Below are positions 8,409-18,521 of a stretch of 32,000 nucleotides of DNA, piece by piece. Below the pieces are notes generated by a model. The model saw nothing but the letters and a program-made list of their open reading frames with translations, had not been told where the DNA came from and made no database searches. Origin of the DNA: Cyanobacterium sp. uoEpiScrs1 (GTDB lineage Bacteria > Cyanobacteriota > Cyanobacteriia > Cyanobacteriales > Microcystaceae); NCBI RefSeq assembly GCF_947331815.1, contig NZ_OX373462.1, positions 2,019,040 through 2,051,039 on the forward strand. Direction: 5' to 3'. Within the stretch, counting starts at the first letter, position 1; the number at the start of each line of letters is the position of its first letter. Made by a program: the position numbers and the translations under genes.

Positions 8409-10295
8409 ATGAATAAAGTAGATACTTATAAACAGATCGTAAATAAATACAACTTATCAATAAAATCTCCTAAGGCACTCTGGATTTTTTCTATTCTATG
8501 GTTGATGCTAGTTAGCTGGATTGCTTTTTTATGGGATTTAGGAACTATTGGTTTAGTAGATAAAACGGAACCCATGTTTGTTGAAGCATCCCGTCATATG
8601 TATATGACGGGAGATTGGGTAACTCCTTATTGGAACGGTGAAACTCGCTTCGATAAACCGCCTTTGACTTATTGGCTAATCTCTTTATCTTTTAAACTAT
8701 TTGGAGTTAATGAGTGGGCGGCTCGTTTTCCTTCCGCTTTATTTGCAATTGCTTTAGTATGTTTAAGTTTTTATACCTTATACAATTTTGGACTTTTTGG
8801 ACTTGAATATTCTCGAGCTTCCACAAGTGATACAGTACAGTGTGAGCCATATAAATTATGGTTTTCGGCTATTTTAGGAACGGCTATTATTACTTTTAAT
8901 CCTTTCTGGATTGCATGGGGAAGAACAGCAGTTTCTGATATGTTTTTATCTAGCAGTATTGGGCTAGCATTACTATCATTTTTCGTTGGCTACGCCCATC
9001 CTCAAAATGATTGTACTACGCGATTAGGATTATCCATTAAAAATTGGTGGTATATGGGGTACTGGGTCTTTATGTCCGTAGGTGTTTTGGCTAAAGGTCC
9101 TGTAGCTATTGTCCTTCCAGGAATTATAGTAATTGTCTTTCTTTTATTTGTTGGCCGCTTAGTTGAAGTAGTGAAGGAAACTCCTTGGTTATTAGGTATT
9201 GGCAGTATCATTACTATTACTATTCCTTGGTTTCTTATTATTACTCTAAAACATGGAAAAGAATATATTAATACTTTTTTTGGATTACATAATATACAAA
9301 GATTTACTAGTGTTGTTAGCCGTCATCCTGGAGCATGGTATTATTACTTTTTTGTAGTTTTAGTTGGATTGATTCCTTGGTCAATTTTTTTACCATTAGC
9401 CATTGCTCGTTTACGCTTTTGGAAACGAAGACTTTGGATATCCTCCCAGCGTTCAACTCACTTAGGTCTGTTTGCTTTAGTTTGGTTTATTGTTGTACTT
9501 TTATTTTTTTCGAGTTCAGTCACTAAGCTAGCGGGTTATGTTCTTCCTTTAATGCCAGCTGCTGCCATTATAGTTGCACTATTTTGGAATGAACAAATAT
9601 TCAAAAAAGAAGGAGATTGGTCAGGTTTTTGGACTATTCTATTTTGGCTGAGTGGATTAGCCAATGTAGGGGTTTTAAGTGGATTAGCTATTGCCAGTTT
9701 TATCAGTCCTAAACTGATTAGTTATGATCCAATGATGCCCCAGTTTAGAGAACTATTACAGACATCAGGTATACCCATCCGTAGCGGAATCATCTTATCA
9801 TTTTCTGCCTTAAGTATATTGATTTTGCTATTCTGTAAACATCATCGACGTTGGATTTGGTCTGCAAATTTATTAGGGTTTGTCGCTTTTTTTAGTTGGA
9901 TCGTACTTCCTCTTGCTCCAATTATTGATAGTCAACGGCAACTTCCTTTAAGGGAGCTTGGAACTTTAGTAAGACAAGAACAAAAGTTGGGAGAAAAACT
10001 AGTTTTTATTGGTTTTATGCGTCCAAGTATGGTTTATTATGCTCAACAAACTATTGATTCCATTACTGAAACTGATATCTATAATGGTAGAGCAATTCAA
10101 TATTTCAATGAGCAAGCTAATAAACAAAATGTGTCTTCGACTATTCTGATAATAGCCAAACCTAAATATTTTAAACAATTAACCTTAAGACCATCTGACT
10201 ATCAAGTTATAGGGGAAGGTATCGCTTATCAATTAATTCGGATAAAAATACAAACAATTTTGAATAAAAAGGTATTAATTAAACAATCTAGTTAA
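8409..10295 (+). CDS. GT39/ArnT-like polyprenyl-phosphate-dependent glycosyltransferase (GT-C fold)
   Basis: A polytopic protein of about 628 aa. It has the N-terminal periplasmic-loop motif EPMFVEASRHM...GETRFDKPPLTYW typical of the ArnT/PMT_2 family, and a C-terminal soluble domain. The track ORF starts at TTG 8397; ATG 8409 is more likely. Confidence 0.85.
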   Translation: MNKVDTYKQIVNKYNLSIKSPKALWIFSILWLMLVSWIAFLWDLGTIGLVDKTEPMFVEASRHMYMTGDWVTPYWNGETRFDKPPLTYWLISLSFKLFGVNEWAARFPSALFAIALVCLSFYTLYNFGLFGLEYSRASTSDTVQCEPYKLWFSAILGTAIITFNPFWIAWGRTAVSDMFLSSSIGLALLSFFVGYAHPQNDCTTRLGLSIKNWWYMGYWVFMSVGVLAKGPVAIVLPGIIVIVFLLFVGRLVEVVKETPWLLGIGSIITITIPWFLIITLKHGKEYINTFFGLHNIQRFTSVVSRHPGAWYYYFFVVLVGLIPWSIFLPLAIARLRFWKRRLWISSQRSTHLGLFALVWFIVVLLFFSSSVTKLAGYVLPLMPAAAIIVALFWNEQIFKKEGDWSGFWTILFWLSGLANVGVLSGLAIASFISPKLISYDPMMPQFRELLQTSGIPIRSGIILSFSALSILILLFCKHHRRWIWSANLLGFVAFFSWIVLPLAPIIDSQRQLPLRELGTLVRQEQKLGEKLVFIGFMRPSMVYYAQQTIDSITETDIYNGRAIQYFNEQANKQNVSSTILIIAKPKYFKQLTLRPSDYQVIGEGIAYQLIRIKIQTILNKKVLIKQSS

Positions 10296-11224
10296 GTCCG
10301 ATAAGCTAAAGCAAAACGTTGAATGCCTTCTAGATCTGGCAATATTTTTATAGAGTGATAATCAGAAGAGTCTTCTAAGAGTCGAGCTACATTATTTCCT
10401 TGCCCTGCCATCATTTCAATTAATAAAATTCCTCCAGGCTGAAGATAATTAGGGGCGCTATTTACTAAATAGCGGATTATCTCTAGTCCATCTTTACCCC
10501 CATCTAAAGCTAAATAAGGTTCATGTTTTTTTACTTCGGGTTGAAGTTGAGATAGTAGCCTTGTGGGAATATAAGGGGGATTAGATACCAACCCACTAAT
10601 TTCACCTTTCAAGTATTCTAAAGGGCTCCACCACGATCCTTCATAAAATTGGATTTTTGAAGAAAGTCCTAAGTTTTTAGCATTTTCTCTCGCAATAGAT
10701 AAGGCAATCTCACTATAGTCAACAGCATGGATTTTTGCTTGTGGAAATACCATGCTTAATCCAATTGAAATCGCCCCACTACCAGTCCCTAAATCTACCC
10801 AATGTCCTAAATTTAAATCAGGAAGAGGACTCTTTTGGACTGCTTGAACAGCAAAATCAATGATTAACTCAGTTTCAGGACGAGGAATGAGAACTCCAGT
10901 AGCAACTTTCAGTGAGAAGTTACGCCAATGAGTTACACCAATAATATATTGGAGAGGAACCCTATCTTTTAGACGATGCCACCATAATTGACTCAATTGG
11001 GATAGTGAAAATTTCAAGTTAATTTTTGATAGCTCCCGAAATGACTCTAATTTCAATGAAAGTCGATCTAAGTCTGCCACTTCTTGAAGTAACCAGTCTA
11101 CTTCTTGAGAGGAAATATTAGCAGCGATTGACTCACGTTTAGCCCAATTACGCCAAATTGCTAAGTCAGATCCCGATATAGGGTTTTCATGATTATCTTC
11201 AGTTAATTGTTTCACTACCGTCAT
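10292..11224 (-). CDS. prmC: peptide chain release factor N(5)-glutamine methyltransferase
   Basis: It has the SAM-binding motif DLGTGSGAI and the NPPY catalytic motif, with HemK-like overall layout. I place the start at ATG 11224, which overlaps the upstream stop in an ATGA. The track ORF extends to 11275 inside the upstream gene. Confidence 0.9.
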   Translation of the reverse strand: MTVVKQLTEDNHENPISGSDLAIWRNWAKRESIAANISSQEVDWLLQEVADLDRLSLKLESFRELSKINLKFSLSQLSQLWWHRLKDRVPLQYIIGVTHWRNFSLKVATGVLIPRPETELIIDFAVQAVQKSPLPDLNLGHWVDLGTGSGAISIGLSMVFPQAKIHAVDYSEIALSIARENAKNLGLSSKIQFYEGSWWSPLEYLKGEISGLVSNPPYIPTRLLSQLQPEVKKHEPYLALDGGKDGLEIIRYLVNSAPNYLQPGGILLIEMMAGQGNNVARLLEDSSDYHSIKILPDLEGIQRFALAYRT

Positions 11225-11952
11225 TGATTTTGACGATTTTCTTGAATGATTCTCATCATTTCCTCGGATGGCCATAATCGAATTTTCCTGAAAAACTCAT
11301 TATCTTCTTTTTCCAAAGTCCCAATTAAATTTCCTAGCAAAATTATTTCTATTTTAATGTCAGAAACCTGATCAGGTGCCTGTTCCTTTAAGTTATTAAT
11401 AACTTGTTGAATTGTCTTTTTTTCAAAAAATATAGGAACAATAGTTTCCCCATCTTGTTTGATTGTTAAATAATTTTGTTCAGGTCCTCCTTTAAGGATA
11501 TAAAGAGGAACACCACCTCTATATTCTTTTCCATCTTCAGTCAAAATAAGTTTAGCCGATTCAACTTCAGTTTTTGTGGGAATGTATTGAAGTGCTAATC
11601 GTTGGGACTCATTAGAGTTTTTTTTAGAAACTTCGTATATTGCTCCCAAAGAAATAAGCTCTACTTTATATTGATTAGCAATATTGGGTTTATCCTTTCC
11701 AAGTTGAAGCAAAAATTCATGAGCATTCTGTTTACTCATAAAAACATTAGTAAATATCGTTTTTTCATCTACTTTTCCTCCTAAAGGTATATTCTTATCG
11801 TCAACCAACATAAAGACAGGGATTCCACGGAGTAACTTAAAAATTTCCTCTTGAGGCAATGAAAAAACTGGGCGTGGCTGATTAAAGGCAGAGTACAAAA
11901 TTGCGCCAGTAACTAACCCTAAAGTAACACCCCAACGAATTAAAGTTTTCAT
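11221..11952 (-). CDS. Tic22-like family protein (periplasmic/thylakoid-lumen chaperone-like), paralog A
   Basis: 243 aa with an N-terminal signal-like segment and a repeated Tic22-type pattern (IPVFMLVDDKN..., VPLYILKG..., VPIFFEKK). Its stop codon overlaps the prmC start. Confidence 0.75.
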   Translation of the reverse strand: MKTLIRWGVTLGLVTGAILYSAFNQPRPVFSLPQEEIFKLLRGIPVFMLVDDKNIPLGGKVDEKTIFTNVFMSKQNAHEFLLQLGKDKPNIANQYKVELISLGAIYEVSKKNSNESQRLALQYIPTKTEVESAKLILTEDGKEYRGGVPLYILKGGPEQNYLTIKQDGETIVPIFFEKKTIQQVINNLKEQAPDQVSDIKIEIILLGNLIGTLEKEDNEFFRKIRLWPSEEMMRIIQENRQNQ

Positions 11953-12051
11953 ATTTGTACAATAATTTGATACTTCTTAAAAACTGATAAAAAATTGCTT
12001 TTTATGTTAAGACATTAATTAGATAACTTTTCTTTTTATTTCTGAATCTGC

Positions 12052-12822
12052 CTACTTATCTTCTTTTAATATTTCTAATAACTTTTTTGCTGAGTCCTCC
12101 GAAGGAACGAGAACCACACTTTTTGCGAATCGTTCTTGCTCTTTGTCATTTTTTTCAAAAGCAGAAAGAATTCCCTCTAATTGGGTTACTTTAACCTCTA
12201 TAGATGAAGCTAATTCAGGCTGTTGTTTTTTAATAGTTTCAATTAATTTCTGCAGAGATTCTCTCTCGAAGTAAAAAGGAGTAAAACTTTCCTTGTCATA
12301 GTTTATAGATAGAAAAGTTTTCTTTTTATCAACTGTTACCATTCCATAAAATAAAGGAATTCCAGGAAACGTGTCAGCAGTGGGATCCTCTTTTTTAAGA
12401 ATCGATAGAGCAGATGTAAGTTGTTTTTTTCCAGGAACGAAGGTAAATAGATCGGGAGGTCCTTGGGATTCACTTTTTTGCTTATCTTTTAGTAATTGAT
12501 ATACTTTGCCCAAGGGAATGGTGATTACTTTAACTTGACGTTCAGGATTTTCTTTCGTAATGTTTTCGACAACTTGCTGAGCATCTTGATGATTTAGATA
12601 AGTCACAAATATTTTTTTATTGTCATTGTCAGACAATAATATTTCTTTACTATTACCAATAGTAAAGACAGGAATTTGATTGAGTTTTTGCATAATTTGT
12701 TCTGGGGTTAATGCCAAAGCGTTAAACTTATTATCTAACAAAGAAGAAATTATAATAGAACTTACAATTAACCCAATAGTTATACTGCGATGTATAAATA
12801 ATTTCATAGAAGTTAACCTCAT
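12052..12822 (-). CDS. Tic22-like family protein, paralog B
   Basis: 256 aa with a signal-like N-terminus and the same architecture as paralog A (IPVFTIGNSKE..., IPLFYGMV..., TPFYFERE) but low sequence identity to it. An alternative start lies at Met6 (12807). Confidence 0.7.
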   Translation of the reverse strand: MRLTSMKLFIHRSITIGLIVSSIIISSLLDNKFNALALTPEQIMQKLNQIPVFTIGNSKEILLSDNDNKKIFVTYLNHQDAQQVVENITKENPERQVKVITIPLGKVYQLLKDKQKSESQGPPDLFTFVPGKKQLTSALSILKKEDPTADTFPGIPLFYGMVTVDKKKTFLSINYDKESFTPFYFERESLQKLIETIKKQQPELASSIEVKVTQLEGILSAFEKNDKEQERFAKSVVLVPSEDSAKKLLEILKEDK

Positions 12823-13118
12823 ATTTTACAATTAATTTATATGTACTTAATTACAGACTAGTGACAGACAAAAATAAACTATGCTTTATAGCAGAAGTTA
12901 AAAAGATTTATCTCTCACAAATTTGTTGTTTTCATAGTATCTTTGTTGCTTGAGGTACTTGAGATTTAAAAGTTTTTTAATACACTATTAGATCTACCCT
13001 AAGAATAGGACTAGCCTGCCCAAAACCAAGTTCCGACCTAGTTCCATCTCATCATAACAAACCTATATTCATAGGGGCGATGAAACATTGGGGCAATGTA
13101 GTTACGGACAGTCTAATC

Positions 13119-13196
<78 letters not shown>

Positions 13197-13296
13197 TATC
13201 GCGCTCACTTATTATATCCCAAATACTAGAGAATCATCAACAGATATTCCTGGTGATTAATCTAAGATACTTATGCTCCCTAATCTTTAGAAATAT

Positions 13297-13824
13297 CTAA
13301 TTAGGATACCAAAACATTCCTTTAATGCCTTCAGGGTCTAAAACAAATCCTAGACGACGATAAAAGTCTATTACCTGAGGATCAGCAAACAAAGTAATAT
13401 TACTAATATCCTCATTCCTAAGTTGGTGAATCATGTATTTAACTAAAGCTTTCCCAAGACCTTTGTTTTGGCAACTTGGGTGAATAACCACGTCCCAAAC
13501 CGTGGCATTAAAGGCGTGATCGGAAGTTGCACGTGCAAATCCAACTAAACGCCTCTGATTTTTCTCAATTTCCCACATAGAGACTACGATAAAACTATGA
13601 TTCAGAGCTTGCTTCACTTTCCCTAGAGGACGACGAGCCCAACCAACAGCATTGCATAATTCTTCTAGTTCGTAGAGATTAATGTCCCGTTCAGTACTTA
13701 AGAAAATGCGCCGTTGACCGTTTGTCTCACCTTTTATATCTAGAAGTTCTTCGTTGAACTCCGAAGTTAAATCAGAGGTGACTGAATCAGAAGGTTTACT
13801 AAACAATCGTTTCCAAAAGACCAT
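13297..13824 (-). CDS. GNAT-family N-acetyltransferase
   Basis: 175 aa with the acetyl-CoA-binding motif A ([15 protein letters not shown]) and a C-terminal FYRRLGF motif. It resembles the conserved cyanobacterial/plastid GNAT group. Confidence 0.85.
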   Translation of the reverse strand: MVFWKRLFSKPSDSVTSDLTSEFNEELLDIKGETNGQRRIFLSTERDINLYELEELCNAVGWARRPLGKVKQALNHSFIVVSMWEIEKNQRRLVGFARATSDHAFNATVWDVVIHPSCQNKGLGKALVKYMIHQLRNEDISNITLFADPQVIDFYRRLGFVLDPEGIKGMFWYPN

Positions 13825-13971
13825 GCCGACAAGGCTAAGCTTTGATGTTCTCTTTAATTTATACTGGATTTAGTCCATTCGGGTAGTTTTTAAATAGACA
13901 TCAAATCGTAAATTTTTTCTCAAGTCATTTTATCGACCAATAGGGCCTTCTCACAAGGTTAGGATAACAAT

Positions 13972-14886
13972 ATGCCAACCATCGACATTTTGGGAGTTCC
14001 TCACGCCTATGAGCTAACATCCCCGTCTTTTCAAGTATCTACTCCCGTACTTATTTTTATTCATGGATGGTTATTGAGCCGTCAATATTGGCTTCCGTTA
14101 ATTGAGCAATTAGCACCTAACTATCCTTGTCTAATTTATGATCTTAGGGGATTTGGTGACTCTCAAAAGGTTCGAGAAGCTTTAAATCTAGATATAGACT
14201 GGGAAATTTCATTGCAACGGGCTCATTCTAATTTGACTAATGGTAGCTCTCCTTTCGGATTAGGGGCTTATGCTCAAGATTTGAGGATTTTACTGCAAAA
14301 ATTTGCTATTAAAAGAGCTTGGCTTATTGGACATTCGTTGGGAGGTGGTATTGCATTATGGGGAGCTGATTCCTGCCCTGAAACTGTTCAGGGAGTTATT
14401 TGTTTAAATTCAGGAGGAGGGATTTATCTTAAGGAAGAATTTGAACGGTTTCGCCTAGCAGGAGAACAGTTAATAAAACGCAGACCAAGTTGGTCATCCT
14501 ATATGCCCTTGATTGATGTGCTTTTCTCTCATCTTATGATGGCTCGTCCTCTGGAAAAGCGTTGGGGACGACAACGGATTTTAGACTTACTTAAGGCAGA
14601 TCCTCAAGCGGCTTTGGGATCTTTACTTGATTCGACAACGGAGACCGAGGTCCACCTACTACCCCAAATAGTATCCCGTTTACAACAACCTGTTTATTTT
14701 TTAGCTGGGGACAAAGATACAGTAATGGAACCTAAATATGTTCGCTATTTAGCTAGTTTCCATCCTCTTTTTGAGGTTCAGGGGAACAATGTTATTGAGC
14801 TAGCTAATTGCGGACATATGTCTATGGTAGAACAACCGGAAATATTAGGAGAGAAGATGTTAAAGATTCTTATGAGCCATAGTTAA
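13972..14886 (+). CDS. alpha/beta-fold hydrolase
   Basis: 304 aa with the HGW oxyanion region (IFIHGWLLS), the nucleophile elbow GHSLGG, and a C-terminal CGHMSMVEQP containing the catalytic His. Confidence 0.8.
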   Translation: MPTIDILGVPHAYELTSPSFQVSTPVLIFIHGWLLSRQYWLPLIEQLAPNYPCLIYDLRGFGDSQKVREALNLDIDWEISLQRAHSNLTNGSSPFGLGAYAQDLRILLQKFAIKRAWLIGHSLGGGIALWGADSCPETVQGVICLNSGGGIYLKEEFERFRLAGEQLIKRRPSWSSYMPLIDVLFSHLMMARPLEKRWGRQRILDLLKADPQAALGSLLDSTTETEVHLLPQIVSRLQQPVYFLAGDKDTVMEPKYVRYLASFHPLFEVQGNNVIELANCGHMSMVEQPEILGEKMLKILMSHS

Positions 14887-15950
14887 AGCTTTAAAGACTA
14901 ATTATTTTACAATTTTAGTGTCTATTTCTTGATAATTTATTTTTTATATAGCTAAAGTGTAGAATTTTATTCATTAAATAGTATGATTACTTAATCACTT
15001 GGTATTAATTTAAAGGTAAAGTTGAGCACTGTGATTGTAATTATTTCTGTATGCAGTTATTCCCTTCTTTTTGCTATTTAATATTTGAGAATAATGAAGC
15101 TTTAAGTATTCGATAGTGTTATCTATTCCGAGCTTAGTATATAAAAAATTTTATTCATAGATTTACAATAGATAATACTCATTAAGTTCATATTTGTTCA
15201 ACAAACATAATAATTATAACCAACACATAATTGGGAATAAATATTTAAATAGTATGTAAAATTTTTAACAAAAGTAATATTTTCTTAAAAATAGAGATTA
15301 AAGAGTAAAAAATATAATATTTTGGAGGTAATCATTTTAAAAAATTATGACTTAGAGTATTATATTCTAGTTTAGACAAAGCAAACTTTACTAAAAATTT
15401 TAAATTCAACAATAACTAATATTATAGGGAAATATAACCCCATGATATAGAAGTAACTTTCTAATATTAAGTGTTTTCAAAAAAATGTCTTTATCTCAGC
15501 TAGCTTAATGAAACTCTATATTAATTAGAGCAATAACATATGAAAATATCTAAGTTAATTAATAAATAATCAAACTTATAAATATCAAAATTTGTCATTA
15601 AGTAAGAAAATAAGTAAAAGTAGTCCAGTTTTATATAACTTTATAAAAGGGTATGATATTATCTTCTCTAATCAATAAATAATTTTTTAGTTGTTGATTA
15701 TTTCTGTTTAAATAGAAAAGACTTCCACTGTTCTATAATTTAGTATGAAACGTCAGTCTAGTAGTTTTCTTAGAGCTATTTTTATAAGTTGTATTAGCTA
15801 GTTTGGTTAAAATTTAATTTAATAGATATCAATACACAAATACCTTGTCTTTACTTAAGATATAGACTAGTGAGCTTGCATCTTTAAAAAATTCACGTCA
15901 CAATTGAAAGGTATATGTTTTTAAATGTTTTTCTGAATAAATACTTAAAA

Positions 15951-17192
15951 ATGAACTTCGATCAGCTAAGCTTCCCTCTCTCACTTTCTAACCATATTGA
16001 AGATTACGACCTTACTATTGTAGGAGGAGGAATTGTTGGTATTACTTTAGCTACGGCACTCAAAGCATCCGGGTTAAAAATAGTTATCATCGAAGCTCAC
16101 TCTCAAGTTAATTCTGCTAGCAAACCTCAAGCTTACGCTCTTTCACTAATGTCTGTGCGTATTTTAGATGCAATTGGTGTCTGGAAGAAAATATCTTCCC
16201 AAGTCGGTAAATTTAATTCTATTCGTGTTTCTGATGCTGATCATCCACAGGTGGTCGAGTTCAAAACTGCTGATCTTGGAACCGATTATCTAGGCTATGT
16301 GGTTGAACATCAAGTAATTTTAGAAACACTAAAAACAATTATTGCTGATTCCCCTGAGATTAAATGGTTATGTCCAGCGGAAGTGATGTCCGTAGATTAT
16401 CAAAGTACGAAGGCGACAGTAAAGATTAAAGTGGAAGGAAGGTTGCAGCAAATCCGTAGTAAATTAGTGATAGGAGCTGACGGAGCACAATCACAAATAC
16501 GTTCAGAAGCAGGTATTAAGACTCAAGGATGGAAATATTGGCAGTCTTGTGTCACTTTTACTGTTAAACATAACGCCCCAAGCAATAATATGGCTTTTGA
16601 ACGGTTTTGGTATTCGGGTCCTATGGGGATTTTGCCCCTTCCTGGAAATCGTTGCCAAATTGTTTGGACAGCCTCTCATTCTCAAGCAAGAGTAATTAAA
16701 GAGTTAGATGAAACTGAGTTTTTGAGACAGCTACAACAACGGACTGGGGGACTCTTAGGAGAACTAAAATTAGTTAGTGATCGCTTTATTTTTCCGGTTC
16801 AGTTAATGCAGAGTAGACGCTATACAGATCATAGACTTGCCTTAGTTGGAGACGCAGCACATTGTTGTCATCCTTTGGGAGGACAGGGATTGAACTTAGG
16901 TATTCGGGATGTAGCAGCTTTAGTAGAAACCTTGCAAAAATCCTATCAACGAGGAGAAGATATTGGAAGTTTAAAAGTATTAAAACGTTATGAGAACTGG
17001 CGTAGAAATGAGAATTGGGTGATTTTGGGATTTACTGATTTTTTAAATCGTTTATTTTCTAACCAGTGGTGGCTATCAATGAAGATGCGTCGGTTGGGAT
17101 TATGGTTAACTAATACTTTTCCTTTAATTAGACGTTTGTCTTTGCAATTGATGACGGGATTATTAGGAAAAATCCCCCAATTGCTTAAATGA
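15951..17192 (+). CDS. FAD-dependent monooxygenase, UbiH/UbiF/COQ6 family (quinone biosynthesis hydroxylase)
   Basis: It has the GxGxxG dinucleotide fold (IVGGGIVGITLA), a DG motif (GADGAQSQIR) and GDAAHCCHPLGGQGLNLG. The track ORF begins at 15915; I prefer Met13 (15951). Confidence 0.85.
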   Translation: MNFDQLSFPLSLSNHIEDYDLTIVGGGIVGITLATALKASGLKIVIIEAHSQVNSASKPQAYALSLMSVRILDAIGVWKKISSQVGKFNSIRVSDADHPQVVEFKTADLGTDYLGYVVEHQVILETLKTIIADSPEIKWLCPAEVMSVDYQSTKATVKIKVEGRLQQIRSKLVIGADGAQSQIRSEAGIKTQGWKYWQSCVTFTVKHNAPSNNMAFERFWYSGPMGILPLPGNRCQIVWTASHSQARVIKELDETEFLRQLQQRTGGLLGELKLVSDRFIFPVQLMQSRRYTDHRLALVGDAAHCCHPLGGQGLNLGIRDVAALVETLQKSYQRGEDIGSLKVLKRYENWRRNENWVILGFTDFLNRLFSNQWWLSMKMRRLGLWLTNTFPLIRRLSLQLMTGLLGKIPQLLK

Positions 17193-17687
17193 CTAATGAA
17201 TAAGATTAATTATCCTAATCTTCTAGCCTTAATTAAATTTTTTATAGATTTGGGAAGAGTGACAATATCGAAAAACTGTTCAAATTAGTCCTAATTTAAG
17301 AAAATCAAAAAAGACTATTTACAACATACATCTTCAAACAAATGTCTGACTGATTGTATTAAACTAATTTTCTGGAGAAATATTTATATGAATTTTAATA
17401 AAGAGAGAAAGAAATGAATTGAAAGTTTTTATTTTTTATTTTTTTAGAATTTGTTTATTTATTAATAGTAAAATTTAATTATTATGATAGTGATTTTTAT
17501 CTAAAAGTTTAATTTATTGAAATATATATTTTTGAATAAATATATATTTATCTTTTTTACAAAAAATACCGAAGCACTATATCCTAGATAAGATACTCAA
17601 GTTTTAAATGAAGTTAAAATCGCCTTGATCTTGATTTATTGTATTATAAAATAAAGTAAAAATACTGGTTTTATAAAAGATTGCCAT

Positions 17688-18308
17688 ATGAGCTTTATCG
17701 CAGTTATTGACTATGGTATGGGAAACTTACATTCTGTTTGTAAAGGAGTAGAAAAACTAGGAATAACTCCAAAAATAACTGATTCTCCTAAGGAAATTGC
17801 TAAAGCTACTGGAATCATTTTGCCTGGAGTAGGGTCCTTTGATCCAGCAGTTCAAAGCCTACGAGCACGGCATTTAGTTAAACCCATTAACCAAGCAATT
17901 GCTGATGAAAAACCTTTTTTAGGGATTTGTTTAGGATTACAAATTCTCTTTGACGCTTCTGAAGAAGGAAAAGAACCAGGATTAGGAATTATTTCCGGAA
18001 AAGTACGTCGTTTTCGTTCTGAATCCAATCTTACGATTCCTCACATGGGTTGGAATCAATTGGAATTTACTCAGCCTAATCTAAGTTTATGGCAAGGCTT
18101 GCCCCCTAACCCTTATGTGTATTTTGTTCATTCTTATTATGTTGATCCAGTCGATCCGACTGTGACCGCAGCAACGGTTACTCATGGCAGTCAAAGGGTA
18201 ACAGCGGCAATTGCTCTGGATAATTTGATGGCGGTACAATTTCACCCTGAAAAATCTTCAGATTATGGCTTAAAAAGCTTATCTAATTTTGTTAGTTTAA
18301 CTAAGTAA
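17688..18308 (+). CDS. hisH: imidazole glycerol phosphate synthase, glutamine amidotransferase subunit
   Basis: 206 aa with IAVIDYGMGNLHSV, the catalytic Cys in GICLGLQ, and the His/Glu in QFHPEKS. Confidence 0.95.
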   Translation: MSFIAVIDYGMGNLHSVCKGVEKLGITPKITDSPKEIAKATGIILPGVGSFDPAVQSLRARHLVKPINQAIADEKPFLGICLGLQILFDASEEGKEPGLGIISGKVRRFRSESNLTIPHMGWNQLEFTQPNLSLWQGLPPNPYVYFVHSYYVDPVDPTVTAATVTHGSQRVTAAIALDNLMAVQFHPEKSSDYGLKSLSNFVSLTK

Positions 18309-18521
18309 ATATGTTGCCAAATAATAATTTAATATAGTTAAGCATGAATTATACTAAACTAGTAAAGAGATACTAACTTGAAGGTATCAAAAAAAGACTA
18401 AAAAACAATAACCAGGTTTAGGTAAATTAGTAGATAGCCTAAAATCTATTGATAGTAAGGCATTAATTTTTGATCATTGTATTTTATTGATATCTATATT
18501 ATTAACTATGAACTAGATAGA

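Noticed and set aside
12877-12891. The 15-mer AACTATGCTTTATAG is shared between 12877-12891 and 23627-23641, which could suggest a dispersed repeat.
   Set aside because: The match does not extend on either side. By my rough estimate, several chance 15-mer matches are expected in 32 kb of this composition.
17520-17549. Two copies of the 12-bp palindrome AAATATATATTT (17520-17531 and 17538-17549) lie upstream of hisH. A similar pair of AAAAATATATTTTA repeats sits exactly 20 bp apart at 23521-23534 and 23541-23554.
   Set aside because: These are (TA)n-centred low-complexity palindromes in DNA that is about four-fifths A+T by eye. Such motifs are expected by chance and by slippage. They are not convincing operators without conservation data.
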